NCBI GenBank assembly: GCA_964578185.1
Contig: CAZOBL010000001.1
Coordinates: forward strand, 721-64,720
DNA from: an uncultured Thermoplasmatales archaeon
GTDB lineage: Archaea > Thermoplasmatota > E2 > DHVEG-1
DNA: 64,000 nt
Reading direction: 5' to 3'
The notes under the pieces are model-generated. The model ran no database searches. It saw only the letters and a program-made list of their open reading frames with translations, and had not been told where the DNA came from. Numbering within the stretch: the stretch's first letter is position 1; each line of letters opens with the position of its first letter. The position numbers and the translations under genes are program-made. Of the stretch, positions 1 through 10,030 are shown in pieces.

Positions 1-380
1 CTTTTGGAAACAGTATGGCAATCTGCTCTATATGTATGGAAAGACTACTGCGAGAAGTAAAACTTAATCGAACAGCAATAGAAACTAAACTATCACTTGG
101 AGCCAGCTCAAAAGAAGCACTTGAAGAACTTGGAAGACTCAGCGTCCGTGCAAGCCTTATACCAACAATAGATCGTCTGAAAACACTAGGGATAATATTT
201 ATACCTGGAGCCATGGCAGGACTGCTGATAGCTGGAACCGACCCGCTTGTTGCAGCTGAATACCAAATAATAGTATACTTGATGATTGTCGGCGGCGGTA
301 TAATAACAGCTTTAATGATTACAATACTTGTTAGAACAAAACTTTTCAACGATGCAGAACAACTAGTAGAATGGATTTAA
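1..380 (+). CDS. 3' end of an ABC-type permease, FetB/YbbM (UPF0014)-like; the gene starts upstream of the window
   Basis: The reading frame is open to position 1 with no upstream stop. The C-terminal sequence GIIFIPGAMAGLLIAGTDPLVAAEYQIIVYLMI is typical of FetB-family permeases, and the region is hydrophobic TM-like. Confidence 0.5.
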   Translation, partial: FGNSMAICSICMERLLREVKLNRTAIETKLSLGASSKEALEELGRLSVRASLIPTIDRLKTLGIIFIPGAMAGLLIAGTDPLVAAEYQIIVYLMIVGGGIITALMITILVRTKLFNDAEQLVEWI

Positions 381-518
381 TAAAAAATTATAAGTATAAG
401 TAATATTTAGATATAACAATTTCTTCCTATATTTTTACATTTTGGTCATTTTTACAACAAACATTTATAGTAATTAAAAAGAAAAAAATAAAGTAACAAT
501 ATTTTCCATTTTTAATGG

Positions 519-1370
519 ATGGGTGGATGGATTATGAAGGGAAGAATTAAAAATAAAACTAAAAATATTATAGTTTTAGTTGTAGCTACAACTTTTTTGG
601 GCATGAGCTTTCCGGTTTCTTCTTCAACGATTAATACACTTGAAGAGAATGAATTTGAGGTTTGCATCTTACGGCCTTCAAGCAATATATTGATAGAATG
701 GAATCCCGGTACTGGAACAGGTTACACAGAAGTTGATGACGAAACGCCAGATGAAACAACAACATATATTGGTACATCAAATAATGGAGATAAAGATGTA
801 TATGGAATAAATCCAAGTAATTTAGGAGAGATAAAAAAGATTATTATTTTAGGTAGATTTATAACAGATTTTTCAGATTCTAGATTTCAACTATTGTTAT
901 ATAACAAGAATACACAAGAATATGAATTATCAGAACCTATGTTTTTGAGAGCAAGAGGTGGTTGGGAAACTATCTCTTGTGTTTGGGATAAAAATCCTTT
1001 CACAGATAGTAAGTGGGAAAATGAAGATCTATACAATATAGGAATAGGTATACGCGCCGATTACTGTGAGTATGGTGCAGCTGTTTTCTGTACACAAGTA
1101 TACGCAGTGGTTTTATATACACCTGTAAAAACAATTGAAGATATTGTGGATTTAGTTTCAGATATGGATTTACCACGCGGCATACATAGAAGTATTACCA
1201 CTAGATTAGATAGAACTTTATTTCTTTTAGAAAAAAACAAATTCAAGCCAGTATTAAATATGTTGAAGAGTATTATTCACCAGACAGAGGCTTTAAGTGG
1301 AAAAAAATTAACAACCGAACAAGCCAATGAAATCATCTATAACTTAGAGCAGATTCTAAAAAATATATAA
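519..1370 (+). CDS. Secreted/anchored protein: N-terminal hydrophobic segment, a beta-rich jelly-roll-like domain and a C-terminal helical FIMAH-like domain
   Basis: 283-aa ORF with an N-terminal TM/signal segment (IIVLVVATTFLGMSF). The C-terminal ~70 aa (LDRTLFLLEKNKFKPVLNMLKSIIHQTEALSGKKLTTEQANEIIYNLEQIL) fits the helical pattern seen at the C-termini of secreted adhesins and hydrolases. The start could instead be the internal MKGRIK. Confidence 0.55.
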   Translation: MGGWIMKGRIKNKTKNIIVLVVATTFLGMSFPVSSSTINTLEENEFEVCILRPSSNILIEWNPGTGTGYTEVDDETPDETTTYIGTSNNGDKDVYGINPSNLGEIKKIIILGRFITDFSDSRFQLLLYNKNTQEYELSEPMFLRARGGWETISCVWDKNPFTDSKWENEDLYNIGIGIRADYCEYGAAVFCTQVYAVVLYTPVKTIEDIVDLVSDMDLPRGIHRSITTRLDRTLFLLEKNKFKPVLNMLKSIIHQTEALSGKKLTTEQANEIIYNLEQILKNI

Positions 1371-1410
1371 ATTATTCATTTAATCTGAAAAAAAGATAGA
1401 AAAATATTTA

Positions 1411-2451
1411 CTATCTAGTAATACCTAACTTTTTCATTTTATTGTAATTTTCAGGATGTTTCTCAAAGTATTTACCTATAGGTTCAAGGATTTGATTTAT
1501 GTACTTTACAGTTGCGTTTTTTAAGTCAAGTGGATGTAAGTCTTTCTTAAATTCCTCTGCAAGTTCCTCGTAAACTGTAAATTCTAAATTTCCTCCAAAC
1601 TTCTCAGGGCGATCGATTATAAAATTCTCACCTTTTAAATCTGGGAAAATAACGTATTTACACATCTCAAGAATAGGATTTCCTTCAACCTGTTTATCTG
1701 GACAATAGGCCTTCTTAATTTTTCTTTTAACCTCATCGGGTTTGTCATGAATAGATATCATACTATCTGGTTTGCTTTTACTCATCTTAGCCTCAGTAGG
1801 ATCCATACGACCACCTGCTTGAAGTCCAGTTAGAAGAGGAGTATGAACTGCTACAGGTGGTTTACGATTCATTTTTTTGGATACATCACGTGCAAGCATA
1901 TGAGCATGACGTTGATCCATACCACCATACGCGACATCAAGATTTAGATAAAAAATATCAGATACCTGCATAGCTGGATAAAATAGTTTACTTAAGTCTT
2001 TTTCTGCTTCATCTTCAGAACGCCCCATTATATCCATAGCACGTTTAACACGTGCAACACTAGTAGCTTTTGATACTCGCAATACAAGTTCCCAGTATTC
2101 TGGGTCGCCTACATAATCACTTGCATATACAAATGATAATTTATCTGTATTAACACCCATAGCTGCAAAACAATCTTCCATATACTTACCGCAAAGTTTT
2201 ATTTTTTCAATATCCCCACCTAGTTTATCATTGATATAAGCATGCCAATCCGCAAGAAGAACATAAAACTCAAAACCAGCATTTAAAAAATCATTAATTT
2301 TATTTGAACATATCTTCCAACCAAGATGAACTGTACCAGATGGTTCAAAACCAATGTATGCTCTAGGTTTATCTTTGTTTAAAACTTTACTGAGTTCTAC
2401 TGCTTTTACTATTTCTTCAGTGTTTGACATTATCAGATTTAACTTTTCCAT
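1411..2451 (-). CDS. tyrS: Tyrosyl-tRNA synthetase, archaeal type
   Basis: 346 aa, near-collinear with M. jannaschii TyrRS. Shared motifs include AYIGFEPSG.VHLG, KMSKSKP, KIKKAYCP...VEGNPI, RPEKFGG and HP.DLKNA...IL.PI. Confidence 0.9.
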   Translation of the reverse strand: MEKLNLIMSNTEEIVKAVELSKVLNKDKPRAYIGFEPSGTVHLGWKICSNKINDFLNAGFEFYVLLADWHAYINDKLGGDIEKIKLCGKYMEDCFAAMGVNTDKLSFVYASDYVGDPEYWELVLRVSKATSVARVKRAMDIMGRSEDEAEKDLSKLFYPAMQVSDIFYLNLDVAYGGMDQRHAHMLARDVSKKMNRKPPVAVHTPLLTGLQAGGRMDPTEAKMSKSKPDSMISIHDKPDEVKRKIKKAYCPDKQVEGNPILEMCKYVIFPDLKGENFIIDRPEKFGGNLEFTVYEELAEEFKKDLHPLDLKNATVKYINQILEPIGKYFEKHPENYNKMKKLGITR

Positions 2452-2579
2452 AATAAAAGATAGAATAAAGCATCTTATTAATTGATATTTCGATGAATTA
2501 TAGTACTTTTTGTGATATATGACTACAAAATTTATATTAATAGAAGATTAAATTTATATACATACTTTATATAAATAAT

Positions 2580-5500
2580 ATGATTAAAATGGGAAAAACA
2601 AAAATTTTTATTGTTTTTGGAATGATATTTCTACTTTTAATTACAAATTTTACAAATTTATCTGCTTTAAAAATTGAAGGAGAAAAAGATCTAATTCAAA
2701 TAAAAAATATTGAAAATACTGCAAATGACGAAGATATTGCATTGTTTAATTTAGAAAAAAAAGATGCAATTGGATTGTCAATAGAAGGAATTGATGATAA
2801 ACCTGAAAGTTTCTATAAAGATAAGATAGTAATAACAAAAAGTTTATCTTTCAATGAATTAAAATGTACTATTGAAAACCAAATACAAGGAAAAAAATAT
2901 ATTAACTTAGAAGGAACCGAGCCATATATTTCAGATGGAAAACCAATTGTTCCTAAGAAAGATATCAAAATGACTATACCAAAAAATTCGAAAGTTTTAA
3001 GTGTTCACTTCACAGACGTATTTTATAGAGATTTAAAAGGAAAAGTAACACTAACTACAAGTCCTAAACCGATCTTTTTAATAGATAAAATAAAAGATTT
3101 AAGTGACTTAGAAAATAAAATAGATTCATATCTATCAGATAATTATTATCCCGGTAAAATACTAGATTATTACATCGGCGAAGATAATACTAAGAAGAAC
3201 ATATTTGTACAAATATACCCGTTGCAAAACATTCCAAAAACAGGCGAAACAATAATTATTACTGAGGGAAAACTTAAAATAGTTTATGAAGAAACATCAA
3301 AATTAAACAATGTCAGCAATTCTTCAATTGAAAACATAATAATTACTGACTCGCAGCTATATAAACAGGCTTTTGAATTGAAGAAATTTCACGATAATCA
3401 AAGTATTACAACTAAAGTTGTTAACGCAAGTTGGATTTATGAAAATTATTCTGAAGCATCAAACCCACCCTACACTGGTTATAAAAACACAAGTTTAATT
3501 GACAAGGTACAATGGAAAGGAGTATACAATTATAGTAAAGCAAAGAAGATAATTTCTTATCTTAACGATTCAGCAAATCATTCTAATTTAAAGTATGTAA
3601 CAATTTTTGGAAATGCAAGGCTTATCCCACCTAGCTACTATTATTTTCAGGATATTTATCCAATAAAACATTACTGTTGGGTTCCAACAGACATTTTTTA
3701 CAGCTCCCCAGATTATGATTTGTTACCTAATTATAACATTGGCAGATTACCAGTAAATAGTATATCAGAAGCAGAACATGTTGTAAATAAGATAAAGAAC
3801 TGGAATGGCACAGAAGATATGTTTGAAAAAGCAATTCTTTCTAGTGGAAAAGTAGCAGACACTCCATTCTTTGTTGGAGAATTAACAGTTTTAGAAACTT
3901 TAAAAAAAGGATTCTTAAACGGTGTTAATGTTGAAAAACAATTTGAAACAGATGGTCAATTTACAAAAAATAATTTACTAAATTCTCTAAGAGGGGGAAA
4001 CGGATTAGTATTTAATTTTGCTCACGGGACAGGAGATGTAATATCTTTTGGTGACGATATACTCAATCCATCTAAAATATATCTTACATCAAATGAAATT
4101 TTAGCTCTCCCAGAATCTGATAAAACACCCGTTGTTATATCTGGTTCTTGTAGTAACGCAGCATTTGACACAAGCATAATGGGAAATATTCTCTATAAAT
4201 CTATAGGAGAATCTGTACTTCTATCAGATGCAGGCGGAATTGCATATATAGGAGCTTCAAGATTAGCCTCAATTGCACCAGTTCTTAATGTAAAAAATGG
4301 TGTTTTAGAATTTAATAAATCTGCTTATATGGGAGATCTTTTAACATATTTATTTAAAGCTTATAGCGAGGGTGAAAATAAACTTGGAAACCTTAGCCGA
4401 AGAGCCGTTGAATCTTTTATTCAGGAAAGCGATTTAAATGACGATATGAACTTATACAATATTTTTTCATTTACAATGCTAGGCGATCCTGCATTAGAGA
4501 TACCAAATCACCCTAATGGCTCATCAGTTGAAGGGCCTGTTCAAAAAGCTTTAAATCCGATAGATTACAGGCGACTTGATGTAAATGGTTCAATACCTAT
4601 TTATGCCATGGATGAACTCGTAAATGTCAAATGTCATTCAAATCACCCTACTTTAACTTTCAAAATTGTAGATTCACTAAAAAAGAGAACAATTGGATAT
4701 CTATTTCAAATAAAAACAATTGATACAGTAAATAACAATGCAACTTGTAATTTTTATCCGGATTCATCTACCCTATATTTTATTAAAGCAATAGATGAGC
4801 ACGATAAAGAATCCCGTTTTTATCTTTGGACATTTAGAGTTGTAGATGATGACTTCAACGTTTTAACACCAGGTTATGGAACTAGCAGATGGTCAAAGAT
4901 ACAAGATGCCATAGATAATTCAAACCGAGATGAAGGCATATTTGTATTTAATGGAATATACAATGAGAATATTATCGTAGATAAACCTTTATCTTTAATC
5001 GGCGAAAATCGATCTATGACAATAATAGATGGAGGGAGAACCAGTAATGTAGTTGAATTCCTAAGGGATTCAAGTGCTATATCAAGTTTTACAATTAGAC
5101 GTTCAGGTATAAGAAAAGATTACTCTGGTATAAACATAAAAGCCAGTGATGTTACAGTTACAGATTGTGAAATTAAAGATAATAGATATGGAATTTATAT
5201 TCATGACGGAGGGAAAAATCTTTTTGGAAACAAAGTTCAAATATCCTACAACATAATTGACAATAATCAATATGGCATCTACCAAGAAGATAACGGATTT
5301 AGATTAAAGCAAATTATAGCAAATTATATTGTAAATAATGTATTCGGCATTTATCTAGCAAAATCACGTAGCAACCTTATACTTACAAATTCTTTTATAG
5401 ACAATAGATTTGCACTACATCTACATAAAACCCATCTTAGTCTAATATCATTAAATGATTTTATAAAAAATACAATAAATGCTAATTTTGTAAAATCTTC

Positions 5501-5684
5501 AAGAAATCTTTGGTACGGAAACTACTGGGATAACTGGATAGGTTTAAAATATCCAAAAACAGAAAACATCCCAAAATATATTTTCGGCAGAAATGGTCTT
5601 ATAATTGGAATTATACCCACTGTAGATAGAGATCGAACTCCTGCAAAAATAAGAGTTGCATTAGCTGAAGATTATTTTATTTAA
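2580..5684 (+). CDS. Secreted gingipain-like (peptidase C25 family) cysteine peptidase fused to a C-terminal right-handed parallel beta-helix region
   Basis: 1034 aa with an N-terminal signal/TM segment. The catalytic-dyad architecture is C25/clostripain-like, with FNFAHGTGD (His) and PVVISGSCSNAAFD (Cys) plus IFGNARLIPPSYYYF. The C-terminus has QDAIDNS...GIYNENIIVDKPLSLIG and repeated NxxDN/GIY motifs typical of NosD/pectate-lyase-like beta-helices. Confidence 0.6.
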   Translation: MIKMGKTKIFIVFGMIFLLLITNFTNLSALKIEGEKDLIQIKNIENTANDEDIALFNLEKKDAIGLSIEGIDDKPESFYKDKIVITKSLSFNELKCTIENQIQGKKYINLEGTEPYISDGKPIVPKKDIKMTIPKNSKVLSVHFTDVFYRDLKGKVTLTTSPKPIFLIDKIKDLSDLENKIDSYLSDNYYPGKILDYYIGEDNTKKNIFVQIYPLQNIPKTGETIIITEGKLKIVYEETSKLNNVSNSSIENIIITDSQLYKQAFELKKFHDNQSITTKVVNASWIYENYSEASNPPYTGYKNTSLIDKVQWKGVYNYSKAKKIISYLNDSANHSNLKYVTIFGNARLIPPSYYYFQDIYPIKHYCWVPTDIFYSSPDYDLLPNYNIGRLPVNSISEAEHVVNKIKNWNGTEDMFEKAILSSGKVADTPFFVGELTVLETLKKGFLNGVNVEKQFETDGQFTKNNLLNSLRGGNGLVFNFAHGTGDVISFGDDILNPSKIYLTSNEILALPESDKTPVVISGSCSNAAFDTSIMGNILYKSIGESVLLSDAGGIAYIGASRLASIAPVLNVKNGVLEFNKSAYMGDLLTYLFKAYSEGENKLGNLSRRAVESFIQESDLNDDMNLYNIFSFTMLGDPALEIPNHPNGSSVEGPVQKALNPIDYRRLDVNGSIPIYAMDELVNVKCHSNHPTLTFKIVDSLKKRTIGYLFQIKTIDTVNNNATCNFYPDSSTLYFIKAIDEHDKESRFYLWTFRVVDDDFNVLTPGYGTSRWSKIQDAIDNSNRDEGIFVFNGIYNENIIVDKPLSLIGENRSMTIIDGGRTSNVVEFLRDSSAISSFTIRRSGIRKDYSGINIKASDVTVTDCEIKDNRYGIYIHDGGKNLFGNKVQISYNIIDNNQYGIYQEDNGFRLKQIIANYIVNNVFGIYLAKSRSNLILTNSFIDNRFALHLHKTHLSLISLNDFIKNTINANFVKSSRNLWYGNYWDNWIGLKYPKTENIPKYIFGRNGLIIGIIPTVDRDRTPAKIRVALAEDYFI

Positions 5685-7035
5685 ATTTCTTTAAAACTTT
5701 TTCAATTATTTGATCTGAAAAACCTAAATAATTATTAGGGGCAAGGGCCTCTTCAATTTCTTTAGTTGATAAAAGACTTTCAATTTTGTTTTCCTTGAGT
5801 ACAGCTTCTTTCAAAGAAGTTTTATCAGAAGATGCCTTTAATGCTGTTTTTCTCATAGTTTCATGAGCATCTCCTCGACCCATACCTTTTTTTATTAAAG
5901 CAGTCATAAGTGACTCTGCCATAGGAAGCCCCCTTGATATCTTAAAGTTTTCAGACATTCTATCAGGGTATACTTTCAGATTTTTAAAAACAATATTCAT
6001 TTTATAAATTATCCAATCTGTAAGAATTATTGAATGAGGTAAAATGAATCGTTCGTTTGATGAATTACATAAATCTCTTTCATGCCATTGTATACTATTT
6101 TCATATGCAGGTGTTGCATAACTACGAATTAATCTTGCAAGACCACATATTTGCTCACAGGTAATAGGATTTTTTTTATGTGGCATTGTACTACTACCAA
6201 CTTGTTTTTTCTTTTCAAAAGCCTCAGCTACTTCTGCTATTTCATCACGTTGCAGGTTGCGGATCTCTGTTGCAAATTTTTCTAAAGATGTAGAAATATT
6301 ACATAAAACACCTAAAAGTTCATTGTATCTATCTCTACACACAATTTGAGTTGATACATCCTCAACGCCTAAACCTAACTCACGCAACATATGCTCCTGT
6401 AGTTCTAATGCATTATCTCCTAGAGCAGCACCGGTACCTACAGCACCTGAAAGTTTACCTACTAAAAGTCGACTTTTCATTTCATGCATACGTTCAAGAT
6501 GGCGATCTATTTCCATTGCATACCCAGCCATCTTCAGGCCAAATGTGATTGGAATTGTATGCTGACCGTGTGTTCTACCAAGCATCACAGTTTTTTTGTA
6601 TTTACTAGCTAAATTTAGAAGAGTTCTCCTTAAGTTTTTAAGCTCTTTACTAAGAATTTTAGTAGATTTTGCAAATTGTAAACCATTTGCAGTATCCACA
6701 ATATCATAACTAGTTGCACCAAGATGAATATATTTACCGGCATCTCCACTGCATTTTTCTGCAAGAGCACGAGTCACAGACATTATATCATGCTTTGTTT
6801 CCCTCTCAATTTCCTTAACTCTCTCTACCTTTACATATTCTGTATTTGCTTTTTTTGTTATCTCATCTGCATCTTTTTTTGTTATATTTCCAACTTTAGC
6901 ATGCGCACGAGCGAGAGCTGCTTCTACATCCAGAAGGAATTGCAGCTTTTGTTTCTCACTAAAAATATCTTTTAATTCTTCTCTTCCATACCTGTAATCT
7001 AAAGGACAAACTGGATCAACCATGATATCACACAA
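5677..7035 (-). CDS. purB: Adenylosuccinate lyase
   Basis: 452 aa of the fumarate-lyase superfamily (GSSTMPHKKNP signature) with an ASL-type N-terminus (PLDYRYG..., CPLDYRY). Confidence 0.9.
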   Translation of the reverse strand: MCDIMVDPVCPLDYRYGREELKDIFSEKQKLQFLLDVEAALARAHAKVGNITKKDADEITKKANTEYVKVERVKEIERETKHDIMSVTRALAEKCSGDAGKYIHLGATSYDIVDTANGLQFAKSTKILSKELKNLRRTLLNLASKYKKTVMLGRTHGQHTIPITFGLKMAGYAMEIDRHLERMHEMKSRLLVGKLSGAVGTGAALGDNALELQEHMLRELGLGVEDVSTQIVCRDRYNELLGVLCNISTSLEKFATEIRNLQRDEIAEVAEAFEKKKQVGSSTMPHKKNPITCEQICGLARLIRSYATPAYENSIQWHERDLCNSSNERFILPHSIILTDWIIYKMNIVFKNLKVYPDRMSENFKISRGLPMAESLMTALIKKGMGRGDAHETMRKTALKASSDKTSLKEAVLKENKIESLLSTKEIEEALAPNNYLGFSDQIIEKVLKKFK

Positions 7036-7083
7036 GAAAAGGAAATATGATAATAGTTAATTTTCTTTTCCCATAAAAAAATT

Positions 7084-7467
7084 TTAAAATAAATTATCTC
7101 CACTTAAAACTCTTTCAATTGTTTCTTTTAACTGTTTAATATTGAAAGGTTTTTTAATACAATAGGAGCCGGTTTTAATTCCCTTCTGCATCACAGAGTC
7201 GTCTTCCAGGGCGGTCAAAAAAACAATAGGTATATCAAACCAATCTTTACTTGATTTAATTAAATCATGTATTTGAAAACCATCCATCTCAGGTAACATT
7301 ATATCAAGTATAATAAGATCAGGATTTAAACCATCATTTAAAAGATCTAAACATTGTTCACCATCTTCAGCCCCAACTATCTCATACTCATTTGACAATA
7401 TATTTAGTCCTTCTTTAATTGAGGTTAAAACATCAGTATCATCATCAACAACCAATATAGTTTTCAA
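7084..7467 (-). CDS. Stand-alone CheY-like response-regulator receiver domain protein
   Basis: 127 aa with the phospho-acceptor context ILVVDDD...DLIILDIMLPEMDGF and conserved K in IKKPF. No output domain is present and no kinase lies in the window. Confidence 0.8.
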   Translation of the reverse strand: MKTILVVDDDTDVLTSIKEGLNILSNEYEIVGAEDGEQCLDLLNDGLNPDLIILDIMLPEMDGFQIHDLIKSSKDWFDIPIVFLTALEDDSVMQKGIKTGSYCIKKPFNIKQLKETIERVLSGDNLF

Positions 7468-7587
7468 GCTTAAGCCCTCCTAAGTATGCAATTACATATA
7501 ACAAATTGTTTCATTAACTTTACCCTAAAATGAAAAATATAAAAAACACTAATTAATATATTGTAGAAAGAAAATAGTTTAAAAAAA

Positions 7588-7845
7588 TCACTGCATTTTC
7601 TTAAATATTTTAGTTATATTACTGCTTTTTAGATACTCCTCAGTTAAACTAGTGGCTGTTTTTTTATCTAAACCTTGATTTAAAAGTTCTTTTTTAAAGG
7701 CTTTACCGCCTTTTTTAGCCTGCCTTTTGAATCTTAGAAATGAACCAGCACAACGAAACATAAGTTTAGGGATAAAAGGAATAATTACGCCAAAGATTTT
7801 TACTGGCGTAAATTCCATATTTTCCTCTTCGGAATCATTATTCAT
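7588..7845 (-). CDS. Hypothetical small basic protein
   Basis: 85-aa ORF co-oriented with its neighbours. No recognisable motif. Confidence 0.35.
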   Translation of the reverse strand: MNNDSEEENMEFTPVKIFGVIIPFIPKLMFRCAGSFLRFKRQAKKGGKAFKKELLNQGLDKKTATSLTEEYLKSSNITKIFKKMQ

Positions 7846-7877
7846 ATGTAAACCCCTTGGTTAAAAAAGGTATTTTT

Positions 7878-8168
7878 TTAATCGTGATGATGTTCTCCGA
7901 TGTTACTCATCATCTTTCCAAAGTTAAGAGTTGACATATACTGGCTTGTTAGCTTAAATGCTTCTTCATCACTCATGCCTGCATCTTTTAGTTTTTTGTA
8001 AAAAGTGGCAGCTGCCTCCGCATACTGCTTAGCACTCTCTGGACTGTAAAGCAGGCTACTCAACTCTTTTAAAAGACCTGGTATTTTTTCTCCAACTACA
8101 TCTAATATCTCTTTTATCTTTTGTGGGTCTGGCATTTGTTCATGTTTATTCATTTTTATTTCCTCCAT
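7878..8168 (-). CDS. Hypothetical small helical protein (C-terminus ends HHHD)
   Basis: 96-aa ORF, co-oriented and tightly spaced in the cluster. Confidence 0.4.
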   Translation of the reverse strand: MEEIKMNKHEQMPDPQKIKEILDVVGEKIPGLLKELSSLLYSPESAKQYAEAAATFYKKLKDAGMSDEEAFKLTSQYMSTLNFGKMMSNIGEHHHD

Positions 8169-8207
8169 ATTTCATTTAATTCTCATATTTGTGTTATTGT
8201 GGTCACG

Positions 8208-8639
8208 TTATATATTCAAACCGAGCAGTTTTGACCACTTTTTGATCACATAAGGTGAAAGACAGAAAACATTAATCTTTCCTTTTATTCGTTTTTTTAC
8301 TATATTTTTATCTTCCAGTTTTTTTAATCGCTCTCTTATAATTCTTCTAGAAGCAGTACCTCTTTTGTTTCTAACAATTTCAGTTATTTGAGAGATGTTC
8401 AAATCAGTTTTTTTCATTAGTGTTTTAACAATTTCTTTTGATATAGTATCTTTTAACTCAGGAACTACAAGATCTGGTGTTAAACCACCATTATCAAGTA
8501 AAATATTGAGCAATCTTAGATAATTACCTGTTTTATTTCTAACGTCAGCTAAAGGTTTAATTAAAACTGAAAGCATCCTTTCAAGTTCACTGATTCTTTT
8601 ATTCAAATCCTTTATTTCTTTTTTGAGTTCTTCTTCCAC
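8208..8639 (-). CDS. Coiled-coil plus winged-helix DNA-binding protein (putative transcription regulator)
   Basis: 143 aa. The N-terminus is heptad-like (ELKKEIKDLNKRISELERML). The C-terminus is wHTH-like (LNISQITEIVRNKRGTASRRIIRERLKKLEDKNIVKK). Confidence 0.5.
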   Translation of the reverse strand: MEEELKKEIKDLNKRISELERMLSVLIKPLADVRNKTGNYLRLLNILLDNGGLTPDLVVPELKDTISKEIVKTLMKKTDLNISQITEIVRNKRGTASRRIIRERLKKLEDKNIVKKRIKGKINVFCLSPYVIKKWSKLLGLNI

Positions 8640-8702
8640 AATAAAAAAAACAAATAAAAACTAATAATAAAAATACTTTGTAAATAGAAAAAATAAAAAG
8701 AT

Positions 8703-9035
8703 TTAATCTTTTTTAATTTGCTCGATTATATCTTTTCCAAAATCAGTCAAGCGATAAATCTTAATGTTTTTACTAGCTTGAACTTGCTCAACCAAATTCA
8801 AACCTAGAAGCGATTCCTCATTACGGTAGCGAGATTTCATACCACGGATCGCTCCAATTACGTTGGTGGGGGTGGTTTTAACATTATACGCAATATCTGA
8901 GGTATAACTACCACTAGGGCTAATATCAAAAAGATATTCAGCAATACGCTTACGTACGTTACTTCTCCTAAGTGAACGGATAACTAGAGGTCTTAAAACC
9001 TCTGGAGAAGTAACATTCTCCTCATCATCCTGCAT
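8703..9035 (-). CDS. Winged-helix transcriptional regulator-like protein
   Basis: 110 aa with an HTH-like core (RKRIAEYLFDISPSGSYTSDIAYNVKTTPTNVIGAIRGM). Confidence 0.45.
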   Translation of the reverse strand: MQDDEENVTSPEVLRPLVIRSLRRSNVRKRIAEYLFDISPSGSYTSDIAYNVKTTPTNVIGAIRGMKSRYRNEESLLGLNLVEQVQASKNIKIYRLTDFGKDIIEQIKKD

Positions 9036-9169
9036 CCCATTCCTCTCTATGTTTAATTGTAGATGTTTAATACATTAATAAAAATTCCCCTCTGGTGAAT
9101 AATTACCTGTATATGCACCTACACATAAACCTACACAAAGTTAGGTAAAAACACTAAATTTCACATTAT

Positions 9170-10030
9170 TTAGGATTTTTTTATAACGTCAGTTATTTTT
9201 AGAGCGTCATGAGTTTCTTTTACATCATGAACCCGTATTATATTGGCCCCGTTCATCGCAGATGTAACTGCAGCTGCAATACTACCATATAGTCTTTCAT
9301 CTGCTGGTAAAGATTTTGAACCCCCCAATATATTTCCAATGAAAGTTTTACGTGACGCGCCTATAAGTATTGGATATCCAAGTTTTTTCAACTCTTTTAA
9401 ACGCATAATAATCTCACAATTATCTTCCACGCCCTTCCCAGTTCTTTTTCCAAAACCGATTCCGGGATCAATAATTATATTACTTTTTTTAACCCCTTTG
9501 GAGATTGCATAATCTGCTCTATTTTTAAGATAATCTTTAACTTCAGCCATAACATCATTGTATACAGGGTTATTTTGCATATCACGGGGTGTTCCTTTCA
9601 TATGCATTAAACATATAGGAATATTAAACTCTGAAACAACACTTACAATTTGTGAGTCACCACTTAGAGCTGTAACATCATTAATCATTGAAGCGCCACT
9701 TTCAATAGCTTTCATTGCAACTTTTGATTTATAAGTATCAACAGATATAGGAATACTTATTTTATCTACAATTTCTTCTATTACCGGAATTACTCTATCA
9801 ATTTCCTCATGCTCTGAAATAGGACTAGATGAGGGTCTTGTAGATTCTCCACCAACATCAAGTATATCTGCTCCTTGCTTTTCTATATCTACAGCATGCT
9901 CTATAGCCTTATCAAAATCAAAAAATTTTCCACCATCAGAAAAACTATCAGGTGTAACATTTAGAACGCCCATAATCAATGTTTTTTCTTTCAAATCAAA
10001 ATTTTTTTTACCAATAGTAAATTTTTTCAT
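9170..10030 (-). CDS. folP: Dihydropteroate synthase (pterin-binding domain)
   Basis: 286 aa with DHPS motifs GVLNVTPDSFSDGG, DILDVGGESTRP and a conserved C-terminal region. Confidence 0.85.
   Translation of the reverse strand: MKKFTIGKKNFDLKEKTLIMGVLNVTPDSFSDGGKFFDFDKAIEHAVDIEKQGADILDVGGESTRPSSSPISEHEEIDRVIPVIEEIVDKISIPISVDTYKSKVAMKAIESGASMINDVTALSGDSQIVSVVSEFNIPICLMHMKGTPRDMQNNPVYNDVMAEVKDYLKNRADYAISKGVKKSNIIIDPGIGFGKRTGKGVEDNCEIIMRLKELKKLGYPILIGASRKTFIGNILGGSKSLPADERLYGSIAAAVTSAMNGANIIRVHDVKETHDALKITDVIKKS

Noticed and set aside
631-816. Short antisense ORFs inside longer genes (for example 631..816, 1061..1246, 9243..9512, 10145..10393, 15230..15736, 22032..22628, 28263..28763)
   Set aside because: They lie fully within and antisense to, or out of frame with, well-supported longer CDSs. 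Their low-complexity, AT-codon-rich translations are typical of spurious ORFs in AT-rich DNA.
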